A DNA stretch of 64,000 nt from Zygnema circumcarinatum SAG 698-1b (Eukaryota > Plantae > Zygnematophyceae): positions 1,664,689 through 1,728,688 of the forward strand of contig CM074809.1 of the NCBI GenBank assembly GCA_037447605.1, in the 5' to 3' direction. The notes under the pieces were generated by a model. It saw nothing but the letters and a program-made list of their open reading frames with translations, had not been told where the DNA came from and did no database searches. The stretch's first letter is position 1, and every line of letters starts with the position of its first letter. Below are positions 48,001 through 58,800 of the stretch, piece after piece. The position numbers and the translations under genes were made by a program.

Positions 48001-51000
48001 AACCACACGTCGCTGCTGTCGGGAATGCGCAGGACAAACTCGCAAGGCCCCCTCTGGTAGCCCTCGCCTTCCTGAAACCACGAGGGGCAGCATTGAACAT
48101 TTAGTATGGAACACGGAACGCAAGGAAGTGGACAAGCTCCGAAAGAGGCTTTTAGAAACTCACCAACACTAGCATGGACCAAACACGCCGAATAAAGTGT
48201 GGCATTCTCAGCAGAAAATGTCAACCCAGACCGGCTGTGCTTTCCTTCACCATAGAAAACGTTTGGGAGGCCAAAGCATGGTTTGAGCGCTGTGGGCACA
48301 CCTGCAGCGTCCAAGTGATCGCAACAGCGGAAGGGCCGAGGACCTCAGCCGACACTCTGACTTCCATATCCAGCGATGAGGGCTGACTACCTGACGAAGG
48401 AACAACAAAGCACAAGTGAATTAATCAAATGACAAGATCTGAGGTGACAAAATGCAAGATCCTTGATGTGAAAGGGAATTGAAAATCTTTGAAATGGACT
48501 CAATAACGAACTTTAAAGTTCATTGATAGCAGGATGGGATACCTTTCTCAAGCAACTCTAGCATTTTCCTGACGATATTTTATTGATGTGCTTGCCATGT
48601 TTCCGAACTCCGGGGGGAAAAAAGAACTAGTTAAAATCCAATTCATGGCATGTCCCTAATTTCTTCCCATATCATCCACATCTTGTACTGATCGTTGGCC
48701 ATTGAAATGAAATATGAAAGAATGGTCAAACATCCATGGTGGCAAAGTGGATAACCTACAGAAAACAACGTACGACTATTCGAAACATTTACGTCAATTT
48801 TGAGATTTCGGCATCTTCACGTTGGAATAAAAGAGTGTTGCCGACACAGGTAGTTAACGTCCTGAAATATCATTCAAAATCTACAAATGGGCTTCCCAAT
48901 AAGTTGATATCAGCAGAGCAGAAACCACTCACCAGTGGCCTTTTCACTGGCTGCTGCCTTTGCCCCTCCACTCTCTTGTGCGAGCAGGTGTCTGCTTCTT
49001 CTTTGCCCCTCAACCCCAACTTCCTCTCCATCACCTTCTCTCTCCTCGTCCTGCGGCTGAATAGAATTAACAGTTCTACTGTCATCTTTCAGACCTTTCT
49101 CAGACCCCTCTTGCTCTTCTTGCTCGTCATTCCTCTCATCTCCCGACTCGCTGTTCCCGCCGTGATTTATTTCTGCACTTTCGCCTTCCCCCTCTTGCAT
49201 CTCCCCCACAACATCCTTCGCATCCGTGTCTTGCTCCCCCTTTGCATCACCTTCGTCTTCCAATCCTTCTCTTCCTGCATCCTCCGATTCCTCCCCAGAA
49301 ATGTCCTCCTCTAGCCCACTTTTCCTTTTTGTCGCAACCTTCTGGTAAGCCCCTCCCGATGCCACAGCCTCTCCCTCAATCCCTTCTCCCCCTGCCTTCT
49401 CGTCTGCAAAATTGTTCTCACCACTTTCTTTCCTTGCCCCTGTTTGCAGATAACTCGTCTCCTGGTTGTCGATCCAGCTCTCAACCTTCACAGGTGTTGG
49501 TCTTTTCAAAAGGTTCCACTTCAGACCCTCCAAAAAACCCTCATCTCCTCCGCCCCCATTTGTCTCCAACACCTCCAAACCCTCCACAACATGACCCCCA
49601 ACTTCTAATGGCGGAATATCAATGGTGACAGCTGGAATTTGCGAAGGGCCTTCCCCCAGTTTTCTTCCAGGCATATGAAAAGTCCCGGCCCTCACTGTAA
49701 CTCGTATACGGCCGGAATCCACCACGGAGACTGAAATGCGATCGGTTGATGCGTACACGGGAGGAACCACTGGAGGAGTGCCTGCATGAAGGAGTTCATC
49801 CTGCAAAATTTACTAATTGGTATTTCCCGAACAGCCATAACTCCTCTTGACACTCACTACACGCCACTCACTAGGGTTTGTCCAGTTTTCGTGCCAATCC
49901 CAACGCAGAATTGAATGCCCATATGATTGCCATGTTTGTATGCTCCATCCAAAAATGTATCCATGCTACAGCTGCTCATAAATTGTAGGACTCATCAAGT
50001 AAGGAAGCCCAAAAACCTCTGCAATCCTTCAGAGCTAGTTATCTATCAAGTTCTCGCTCTTTCCAATGATTCGACCTCAGCAAGAGGAAACGGAATAGAT
50101 TCACTGGCTGCCTTCAACAACTATAGACTCAGGCCAATTCAATGTACAAACTCCTCTTCTCGTCTAAGAAATAGATAGAGAATACAAGGTTTTCTGACCT
50201 GTGCATAGGTTTAGCCAATGGACAGATCTTGAATACAACTTCTCTTCTTACTTTCAATTTTGGCCCACTAGAGAAATTCCCATGAGAACCTTGAAATAAT
50301 GGACTTCGCCATAAGCAACAGCTTTACACAACCGGCGAGATAGGAAATAAGTGTGGTTTCATGATTGAAAAATTCATGACAGGTGCTTACATAGTTGAAC
50401 AACACATAGCAAGGCATCGCTTTTGAAGTTTTCTGTGCAATATCAAGTTTATGGCATGGGCGAGCCGAAACAAGGGTAGAAGAAAAAGGAAAAGGATGAG
50501 ATATACATTTAGTTTTTTTTAATGTTCTTTCAGTATGCATAATGTGCAAATGAGAAGTAGACCTCATCTTATTATGCGACAAATTAACTCTGTTCCTGTT
50601 CCTTAAACTTGCTCATTTTCATGCATTCTTAAACCTCTTCGTTGCCTTAGTTATCGAGGATTCCTCACCTGTCACCAGCAGTGCGTCCGATCCAAGGGAG
50701 CCCACTCCGCTGGATAGTCCACCCTCACTTCTGCCATCCTCCTGGTCACTGGCCCCTAACTGCTCGCCCGCCGCCCCCTTCCCAACCATACGGCCAGTCC
50801 GTACTCTCTGCCTCTCTTGCGTCAACTCCTCCCTACTTGTTTGATCCCGCCCTTTCCTCTCGTCACTTCCCCCATCCTCACTATCCTTCCACATGTCGTC
50901 TTTCCCGCCAGCACCATCGGATGTAAGATCAGTCCGCGGAGTTGACCATTCATCGCCCTCCCCTAAGACTTCACTGCGCCGCCACGGCCTCTTCCTAGAC

Positions 51001-51614
51001 GATCGTTTTGCGTCATCCCCTGCATCGCCTGTGAAACTCATACCTGCATTGTCTCCACGCTCCACTTCCACAGCTGACGTCTCCTGTAGAGCCTTCTCAA
51101 CCGCCCTCACAGCAACCATGTCGTCTTCCCCTTCCGCTCCGTCCTCCCAGCGCCGTTTGCCACCCTCCTCCTCTGCCTCCCCTCTTTCTCCAAGCAAGTT
51201 ACCACCTCCCTGCACCTTAGCATCAACCAGATCTTTCAGCTTCAGCACGTCAGCTGTACCACCCGGTGGAACCCTAATTCCTCGTTTGGCTGCAATGCGA
51301 ACAATTATTCCCGCTTCAGCAAACTGTGCGGCCTTATCAGGCCCACCGCCGCGCAGCACTTCGTCCTCCTCCCACGCATCACCGACTCCTTCCACGACCA
51401 GACGTCTAGTTACCCGCCGCGACTCACCAGCTTCCGCACGAGAAGCTTCTGTGCTTGCCTTCGAGGGGCTCTTTCCCGGCAAATGGTATTGATGATACAT
51501 GAGATACCCGAATACTAGTACGACCATTATAATTTGGATCAGCTGCTTAACCTTGAGTCCTCGTTGCGACACATGACGAGGCCGCCCTGGCGCGGGTATG
51601 CCCACCCGGGGCAT
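41941..51614 (-). CDS. Type II membrane-anchored glycoside hydrolase family 31 protein with acidic insertions and a degenerate active site, 14 exons, ~1493 aa
   Basis: Exons 51614-50676, 49800-48933, 48390-48302, 48071-47913, 47635-47516, 47139-46975, 46375-46221, 45605-45491, 45371-45183, 44786-44689, 44536-44357, 44152-43864, 43275-43076, 42856-41941 are phase-consistent (first junction least certain). GH31 landmarks LGGGERFGSVNQKG, KPIPFIMSSAGYG, GRPKVPPLWAF, LVDFSHEGGLEWW, RWTQFGAFSPLM, QYLLGRDLLVAPV, VYLPQTYRWVNFWTG, AVFVRAG; N-terminal TM LIQIIMVVLVFGYLMY. Confidence 0.9.
45148..45157. other. Assembly gap (10 N) in a G/A-rich GH31 intron
   Basis: Read directly. Confidence 0.95.
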
Positions 51615-51961
51615 GCTTCTGTTTTCGCAATATAAGTTGCTTAGCAGAAACTAACCTCTCAAATATAACCACAAGGCCTAGCCTGCGCGCCACCTGGATT
51701 CCCCCCAGAATTCAGAGCAGCCTTCCAGTGCCCGCCGAGTGCATCCAGCAGCAGTCCTCACATGACACTGCATGTAATGGCGCAGGCGACGGCGCGCGCC
51801 CTCCTCCCCGTCCTGCCGCGGCCTCGCGGGCCGGCCTCCTGCAGGTCCGGGTCCAGGCCGCCATGGCCGCCTGCTCGCCCGCCTGCTCCCTCGCTCCGTC
51901 GCACGTTCGCCCAGACGCCGCGTCACGTCGCGTCACGTCTCTTCTAAATAAAATGCAATGG

Positions 51962-52062
51962 AACAACAACAACACTCCAACAACAACAACAACAACAACA
52001 CTCCAACAACAACAACAACAACAACACTCCAACAACAACAACAACAACAACAACACTCCAAC
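51962..52062. repeat. Compound microsatellite (AAC)4-ACTCC-(AAC)7-ACTCC-(AAC)7-ACTCC-(AAC)8-ACTCC
   Basis: Parsed directly from the sequence; higher-order period of 26-29 bp. Confidence 0.95.
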
Positions 52063-52310
52063 ACTAATAACTAGTGCAACCTCAGCAGCCAAAGGCTTAG
52101 ACTAAAATTCATACTGACATCGCCAACATCACCGACAGCGCACGCCAACACCCGCAGTCAGTCAGTCGCCCAGGCTGCCACCCTCCCCCGCCCCCCCCCT
52201 CTGCGCGTCGTCCCTCCTTCGTTCTGTACTGTAATGCATTACAGTAGCAGCAGTACGAGCAAGCGCCATGCCATGCCATGCCATGTTGGTGAAGGATGGA
52301 AGTGGCATTT

Positions 52311-52592
52311 ATCTCAGGATGGCGATGATGCCATCAAATATGTACATGGACAAAATCAGCATCATGGGGAACCACGAGGAACTGGTCGCAAGTACCGTAC
52401 CAGTTCCTCGTGATTTTCTTTGATGCGTTTGTCGGTGGACATTTGGTGGCATCATCGCCATCGTGAGATCAACGCCCCGTCCCCATTCTCTTTCGCCGGA
52501 TGGTATTGAAAGTTAAACCCCTTAAACTTCGCTTCCTCTGGTTCCCTATGTCGATTTTATCCATGTACATTTGATGGCATTGCCATCGTGAG
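52311..52592. repeat. Long imperfect inverted repeat (foldback) with a duplicated right arm
   Basis: Left arm 52311-52386 pairs with right arm 52399-52469 (12-nt loop); a second right-arm copy lies at ~52533-52592. Confidence 0.9.
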
Positions 52593-52876
52593 TTCAAACA
52601 AACATCTTTTCACTTCTTAAACCAATCTCAACTTGTCTTTTAAATAAGCTATTTACAATGTCTAAGGGATAACCTTGAAAACGAGGGAGTGGCATTGAAC
52701 TTGCGATGACTCACGATCACCTTTTTACTTGTGGATGCTGTCCCTTGGAATGAAACGTCTCCGTACGAGGCCGTACATTCAGTACGAAAAGCATTGGCCG
52801 TACGAGCAGTGTGTTGCCTGAATGGCGCGCGGGTCAAAGGGGATGGAGAGAGGGCAGCCATGGAGGAGGGCAGGCC

Positions 52877-55800
52877 ATGGGGAGAAGGAGAGGGGGAATG
52901 GGAGGGGGNNNNNNNNNNGGGGGGGAGGGGGAGGGGGAGGGGGAGCGGGAAGGAGAAGGGGTAGGGAAGGCGCAGGGTCTGTGGCGCTGCTCAGCCTGCA
53001 CGTTTGATAATCCGGCGGAGTTTCTTGCATGCGAGGTGTGCGGCTCTGAGAGAGCCTCTAATGGCGCCAGCACCCTGGATGATGGTAAGGCCTCAGATGT
53101 TTCGGCTTCCTGCAATCCCTCTGGATGCGTTGGGAGCTGCATGGATTTCAAGGTTATGGTTCTATTATAGAAGACGCGGGTGGAAGTGGTGAAGCTGGCA
53201 CCAAAATGTGCATTTGCAACACTTTTGAGCGTTTCAATTGGTCCCGGTTGTTGATTGGTTCGTGTTCCTGGAATTGTGCCTAATCTTGCAATGTTTGTAT
53301 AATCATTGAATTAGTGCTACTTTCTGGATGGCCAATTGGATAGGCGGCCTCTTTGATTAATGCGATCAATGCTGATTACATGAAGCACCGTTTCATTTCT
53401 CCACAGCCTTTAGTCCTTAATCCTTAGGATACCGTGTGAAAAGAGAATCAAAGGGAGTTGTTTTTTGAAAATGGATATCACTTATTGCTTTTTGCTTTAG
53501 TGTCTTTTGCGTTGCGAGTTTTGAAGAGTGAAACAAATGAATAATTTTACAAGAAGCAATGTATTAGCCACGCCTGCACCTTGCCAAACATGTGAACCTC
53601 ATGACTTCCTGGTGTGCTTATGGTTACAATTCCAAAATTATTGTCGTTGTTACAGGTCTCTTACTGTAGGCTATGTCATATAGATGGAGAATCCCACCGT
53701 GTTAATTAGGACGGTTAGGGAACTCTTTTAAGATTTCAAAGCTTTAGGATACCTCAATCTCTACAGCCATGGGCTGAAACGCCAGGGTTTTGGGGATTTC
53801 AACTGACACGTTGTACTCCTGGCAAAGTCATGTATAGAGTCCTTGTCATGTTTAAATGGAGTTAAAATATTCAAGTTCCATGCATCCATGGCGGGAGAAA
53901 CGAATCTCAATACTCTCTTCATGTTCTTTTCACGCAACTGTTTAGCCACGGTGTCTTTTGCTTTTCTGTAACCATGAGAATGTTTCTGACATTTTGTCAC
54001 GAAACACACTATTTGATTCTATAGATTGTGTTTTGCTATAGGTCCTTCGTTTCTGATGTGGCCTTTTAGAGTAAGAAAACATAGGCCATTCTCGTCAGTT
54101 TCTGCTTTGATTTGTCCTGTTATGTTAGTGTTCAGCTTCCTAATCTGTTTGGGATAGCCATTGAAACATGCCGCCCATCCAGCCGTTCAGCTATGCAAGG
54201 GGAATCTGTAGCCTGGTCGTTGTCGACAAACTTGGCGAATTTAGTGCGTCTGCAGGGTTCAGTGTCAGCAAAATTCATTGCTAAAAGTAGAGATGACCCA
54301 AACAAACGGTTTCGGCAAGACCTGATTGAACGCCGAAACGGCTGCTTGGTTCACAGGCCTCCCCTCCATGCCCGGCCATGGCTTCCTGTTGGCAGCAGCC
54401 AAAGCAGACAGCAGCCAATCGCAGCGGAGCAGGGTCTCAGTCCTTGGTGGAGCACTCTGTTCTCCTCCTCCACGAGCGCGGAGGAAGAGGGGTCTGAAGC
54501 CCTGTAACTTTCTCGTGCCATCGCCACTGTGCCAGAATGTTTCAGATTTAGGTTGAGCCCATTGGCATTGTTCTTCTCTGATGGGGTCACGTCTAACACA
54601 GTTCAGTTTTTTTCTTGGAAATGAACCACATGCGCGGGGTCTTAGTACACTGTGCTCGGATAAAATTAATCAGTGATTCGTGCTTTCTAGGAACTGAAGA
54701 AATGCCGTCGTCGTTTCTTGTTTTCTCATAAGTTCTATGTGAACTTTCAGACAGCATCCTGCTTCTGCTGTTCTCCCATGTGCATTTATAATTGCATGGT
54801 GATACGTGTCCAGTGTAAGCTAGCATTTGAGCCTCCCTCCCACTTAAGCAGTCAGCTTTGAAGTTCTGCAGTTAACTTTTTGTTTTTCCCCCCCTCTAAG
54901 AATATTCTGCCCATGTTTGCATCCAAGATACAGCAATGTAAAAAGAGATACTCAACCTTGTTCGAGAAGATGTTTAACTTGCACATGCCTGGTAAGGACT
55001 TCGACTAACAAGTCAAGTCCGCTTGATTGTCTTGAACTTGTGACTGGTTGATAAAGCTATTTCTTTTCGCCTGGTATGAAGACTGGAATAACTCGCATTT
55101 CCTGTTCTAAGCATCGTAGTCCAACCCCCGCACACTGTGATGACGGTTTGAACCCGGAATCGAATTTTTTTTTTCTCCAACTTCCATGCTTGTGTTTGTT
55201 TTGGTTAAACTCGTGATCTCATTGCTGATGAAGCCATTGCTGGTCCAGAAAAGGACACTGCAATATAATGCTTCCAGTTCCAACTGGAGAGGTAAATGGG
55301 GGTGCAGAGGTGTTCCAGTTCAGTTCGCCATCGCCTGACGAGGTTGCGATTGCTCATCGTCGCGGAAGCAGTGAGCTTCTTTGCACTGGAAAGCTTGCCT
55401 TAGTTTTTCTGTTTTTCCTGCAGGTCAGTTAATAAAATTCGTGAAGTGCGAAGCAACTGTATATGGCCTTGCATATTCTGTTTCGTTACGGTGCAGTTCT
55501 GTGTTCAAGTTTCCCTTCCTGTCATTTATCTCTGGTTGCATACTTTTTTTCTTCGAATAGCTGCATTATTGATTGCTGCTTCCGTTGAATCTATAGGAGT
55601 GGTGTTAACGGTAGGAGTTGAAAAGGAGAACTTGGCTGAGAATACATCAGCTTTTTTTGCCTTACTCTGCCTTTGCTGGAGGTTCTATTTCATTTTGATT
55701 ACATCTGTGTGAGCAATCCATGTTTGGATCAGTTATACGTTTGTTTGTGTGCGTTTAATCTTGTGCATTTTCTGTTAATTGCTTGTGAGGGTGAAGGAAA

Positions 55801-58800
55801 AAGACGCCCTCAAAATGCGGTTTCTGTTTACTTTGTATCTTAAGTTAAGGAAGTTATTTTGTTGTTTGTACGGCCTCTTTTACGTTTTTCCTACAGCACA
55901 TGCGCCTTCTCCGGAGTTATCTACTTCAAGTAGTGGCCAATCTTTGCGGACAGAAGCTCCGCCAGATGATGCATTCTCAGAAAGCAGGGTGGAAGCAGAG
56001 GATAGGTCAGTGTATGGAGAAGGTTTGCCGAGACCTGAGAAAGGGAAAAAGAAGAAAGGCAAGGAAACTGTCTCAAGAAGTCTGTCTGATGATGGATCCA
56101 AACCGCAGGGGAAGGCAGACATTGTGGGAGACCTGGGGGACACAATAGCAAGGAAGCTTACCGTGTTAGATGAGGAAGGCATATCGACCAAGAAGCAGGC
56201 TCGATCACTTGATACATACAAGCCAGAGCCGTGGATAGTGGACGGGGCTGGTGAAGATAAGAAAGAAGTTCTGCATCTCATTGTGGTGAGGTTCTGGGCT
56301 ACTATCGTAAAGTGACGATTTCAATAATCGTAGAAGTGCCAGCTTTGGTCAGTGTAGTAGCGGTCCCGACTTTTGTTCTTCAATGAATGTGAAGGATAGG
56401 CCAAATTCAAACAATTGTGAGGATTCTCAAATGGATAGGATAGTGTTGGAAGGTAATTCCTTATTTTCGCGGGGAAGTTTGAACTTTTTGTAGCCTGACC
56501 GTTTGATGGGCCGTGCTGGGAAAGATCAGGTCGGGCATGTGGATGCGGGAAAGTCCACATTGATGGGGCACTTGCTACACCGCTTGGGACGCGTGTCAAA
56601 GAAGGAGATGCACAAAAATGAGAAGGAGTCGAAAGATAAGGTGCTGCATAGTCGTTTTTTGCCAGCTTTGTAATGCTACATGTGTCAGTTGGCAACCTAT
56701 GCCTTTTGAGTTTGAAAGGGGGACGGAAAGGTGTGGGATTGATTCTATATCAGATCGCTCGGGGTCTTAAACAGAAGCACCAATCATTCACAGTGTTTTT
56801 GCTACAAAATGGGAGAGAATAGCTTTGGTCATAATGCTAATGGAGGGAGTAGTGTGCTTTTTCACATACTAGGCTGACACAGTTACACATGTAGAAGAAA
56901 AATCTTGCACTGATGAAAGATCATCTGTTAACGCTCTTCAGGGCAAGAGCTCCTTTGCATTTGCATGGGTGCTGGACGAAGGCTCGGAGGAACGTGTGAG
57001 AGGAGTCACAATGAGTGTAGCCATGGCACACTTCGAGACTCCCCGGTATGACCTTTTGAGCAATTTTTTCCCTTCAGTCAGGAAAGGAAATGAAATTTAG
57101 GGACCTTAATAAGTTGCAGGTCGCAGAAGGCATAGACGCTGCTGCCTCCTTTTCCAAGTTTTAGAATGCTGCCGGTTTCGAAGCTTTCTTTGATGATATT
57201 CGTTAGATCACCTTCGCGGCACGACGGACAATGCTTTTCCCATGCCAATCAGGAGCCACCCCCCTGTGACAATTATGAACATATCACCTCCTCGCCGGGG
57301 CCGGCTAACTCGATTGTTTAAGCCAGTTCCGGCCAGTTCATGATTGTCACAAACGGAAAAAGTGGCTGTTGCCCAAGTGCGAGCAATGCGACTGTCGGGT
57401 GGTCGGTGGCTTCTGACAGGTTGAAAATATTTTGGCTGCCGCCTCCGCCGTGGGAATAGGGCTCTCCGTCATGCCGCTAAGAGGGTCCTATTCGTTCTGT
57501 TTGCGGTTTCCAATCTATTGTTGCTAAAGAAACAGATCTGAAACGATTGTACCCTTGATCATTAGTTTTTTTTTTTTCCTATCTTCATTCTTAGGAAACC
57601 ACCGACTGCGCATTAGAGAGAATCTGCTATGTCTTGGGCATGCAGCTTGTTGTACATGGTTTCGACAAAGTTGAGGGGCGTAGAATTAGGTCTTCCATTA
57701 GGTCTTTACTATGTGTGACTCGCCATGTCTTTGCCGCAATTCCTTGTCCATGTCCATGTTCGCCTTGTCCATGCGACTGGTTTATTCCCAACCACGGAGC
57801 AAATATACTTCTTTGGTGTTTTGCAATACCATAGAATGGCACAACCTTAGGAAGTTATGTCCTGTATGTTTCAAAGGCGGCCTCGACTTTTTGTTGGGTT
57901 GGCTGCCCGTAACAAGCAAAAGAACTTTCAGACGTTCGGCGGCTCGTTGTCGTTTCCTTCTTTATGAATCGCAATGAACTGCAGTTAATCTACACTACAC
58001 TCATCGCATCTATATTGTTACATTTTAGGTTTTTTCATAGAAAAAATCTATGAAAAAAAAATAAAATCTATCTATCTAAAATTTCAAAGTCTCAAATGAG
58101 TTTTCTCTTCAAGTTGCAGTCATGTCTTATCCGCATTGCAAAGCTTCGCATGGCAGATGTTGAGAATGGAGAGGTATATGCCACTTTGTAGAATCATTCT
58201 TGAGTGCAATTCTTTTGCGCAAGGAGCTCCTTGTGTTTGATCTCATAGTTATTTGGCTCGAGCATTTGGCTTCCCCCTTTTTTACAGGTTTCAGGTAGTA
58301 CTATTGGATGCACCTGGACATCAAGACTTTGTCCCCAGCATGATAGCAGGTGCATCACAGGCAGATGCTGCAATCCTGGTCGTTGATGCAACTCAGGGAG
58401 CATTTGAAGCAGGCATGGAAGGAGAGAGGGGCGCTGCCGGGGGAGGACAAACACGGGAACATGCACAGTTGGCACGAAGCTTGGGGGTGGAGCAGCTTAT
58501 TGTTGCTGTCAACAAGATGGACGCAGTTCAGTACAGCAAGGACAGATACAGTCACATAGTGGCAGAGATGGGCCCATTTTTGAAGCACTGTGGATTTCGG
58601 GAAACAAGTGTAGTGTGGCTGCCTATTGGTGGCCTGGAGGGGCAAAACCTGACAGAAGGTTCAACAAAAGAGGAGCTCAAGTCATGGTGAGCGAAGTTGG
58701 ATATGCTGCAAACTGCAAGCTTAATGGATGCTCCAAGTTCAACTGATTCTGGCCTGTTGTTGCAAAGGAAATTTTGAGTGAGTGAGCTTATGGTTCCCGT

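Noticed and set aside
1-51614. GalDH + MIK + GH31 + GDSL as a carbohydrate/ascorbate gene cluster
   Set aside because: Spread over 50 kb with unrelated housekeeping genes between them and no shared pathway step; chance is sufficient.
18720-52062. Tandem arrays considered as CRISPR
   Set aside because: None has unique spacers between repeats, there are no cas genes, and the context is eukaryotic.
51728-52105. 125-aa ORF with poly-N/T/Q tracts (prion-like microprotein)
   Set aside because: Explained by the AAC/ACTCC microsatellite; starts at a non-ATG codon in the track and has no other coding signal.
53085-55277. Possible nested gene in the long 5' intron region of HBS1 (ORFs 54112-54507, 54326-54556)
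   Set aside because: 54357-54550 fits as a phase 1-1 HBS1 exon, and 55278-55371 ([10 protein letters not shown]) is clearly one; no independent gene is needed.
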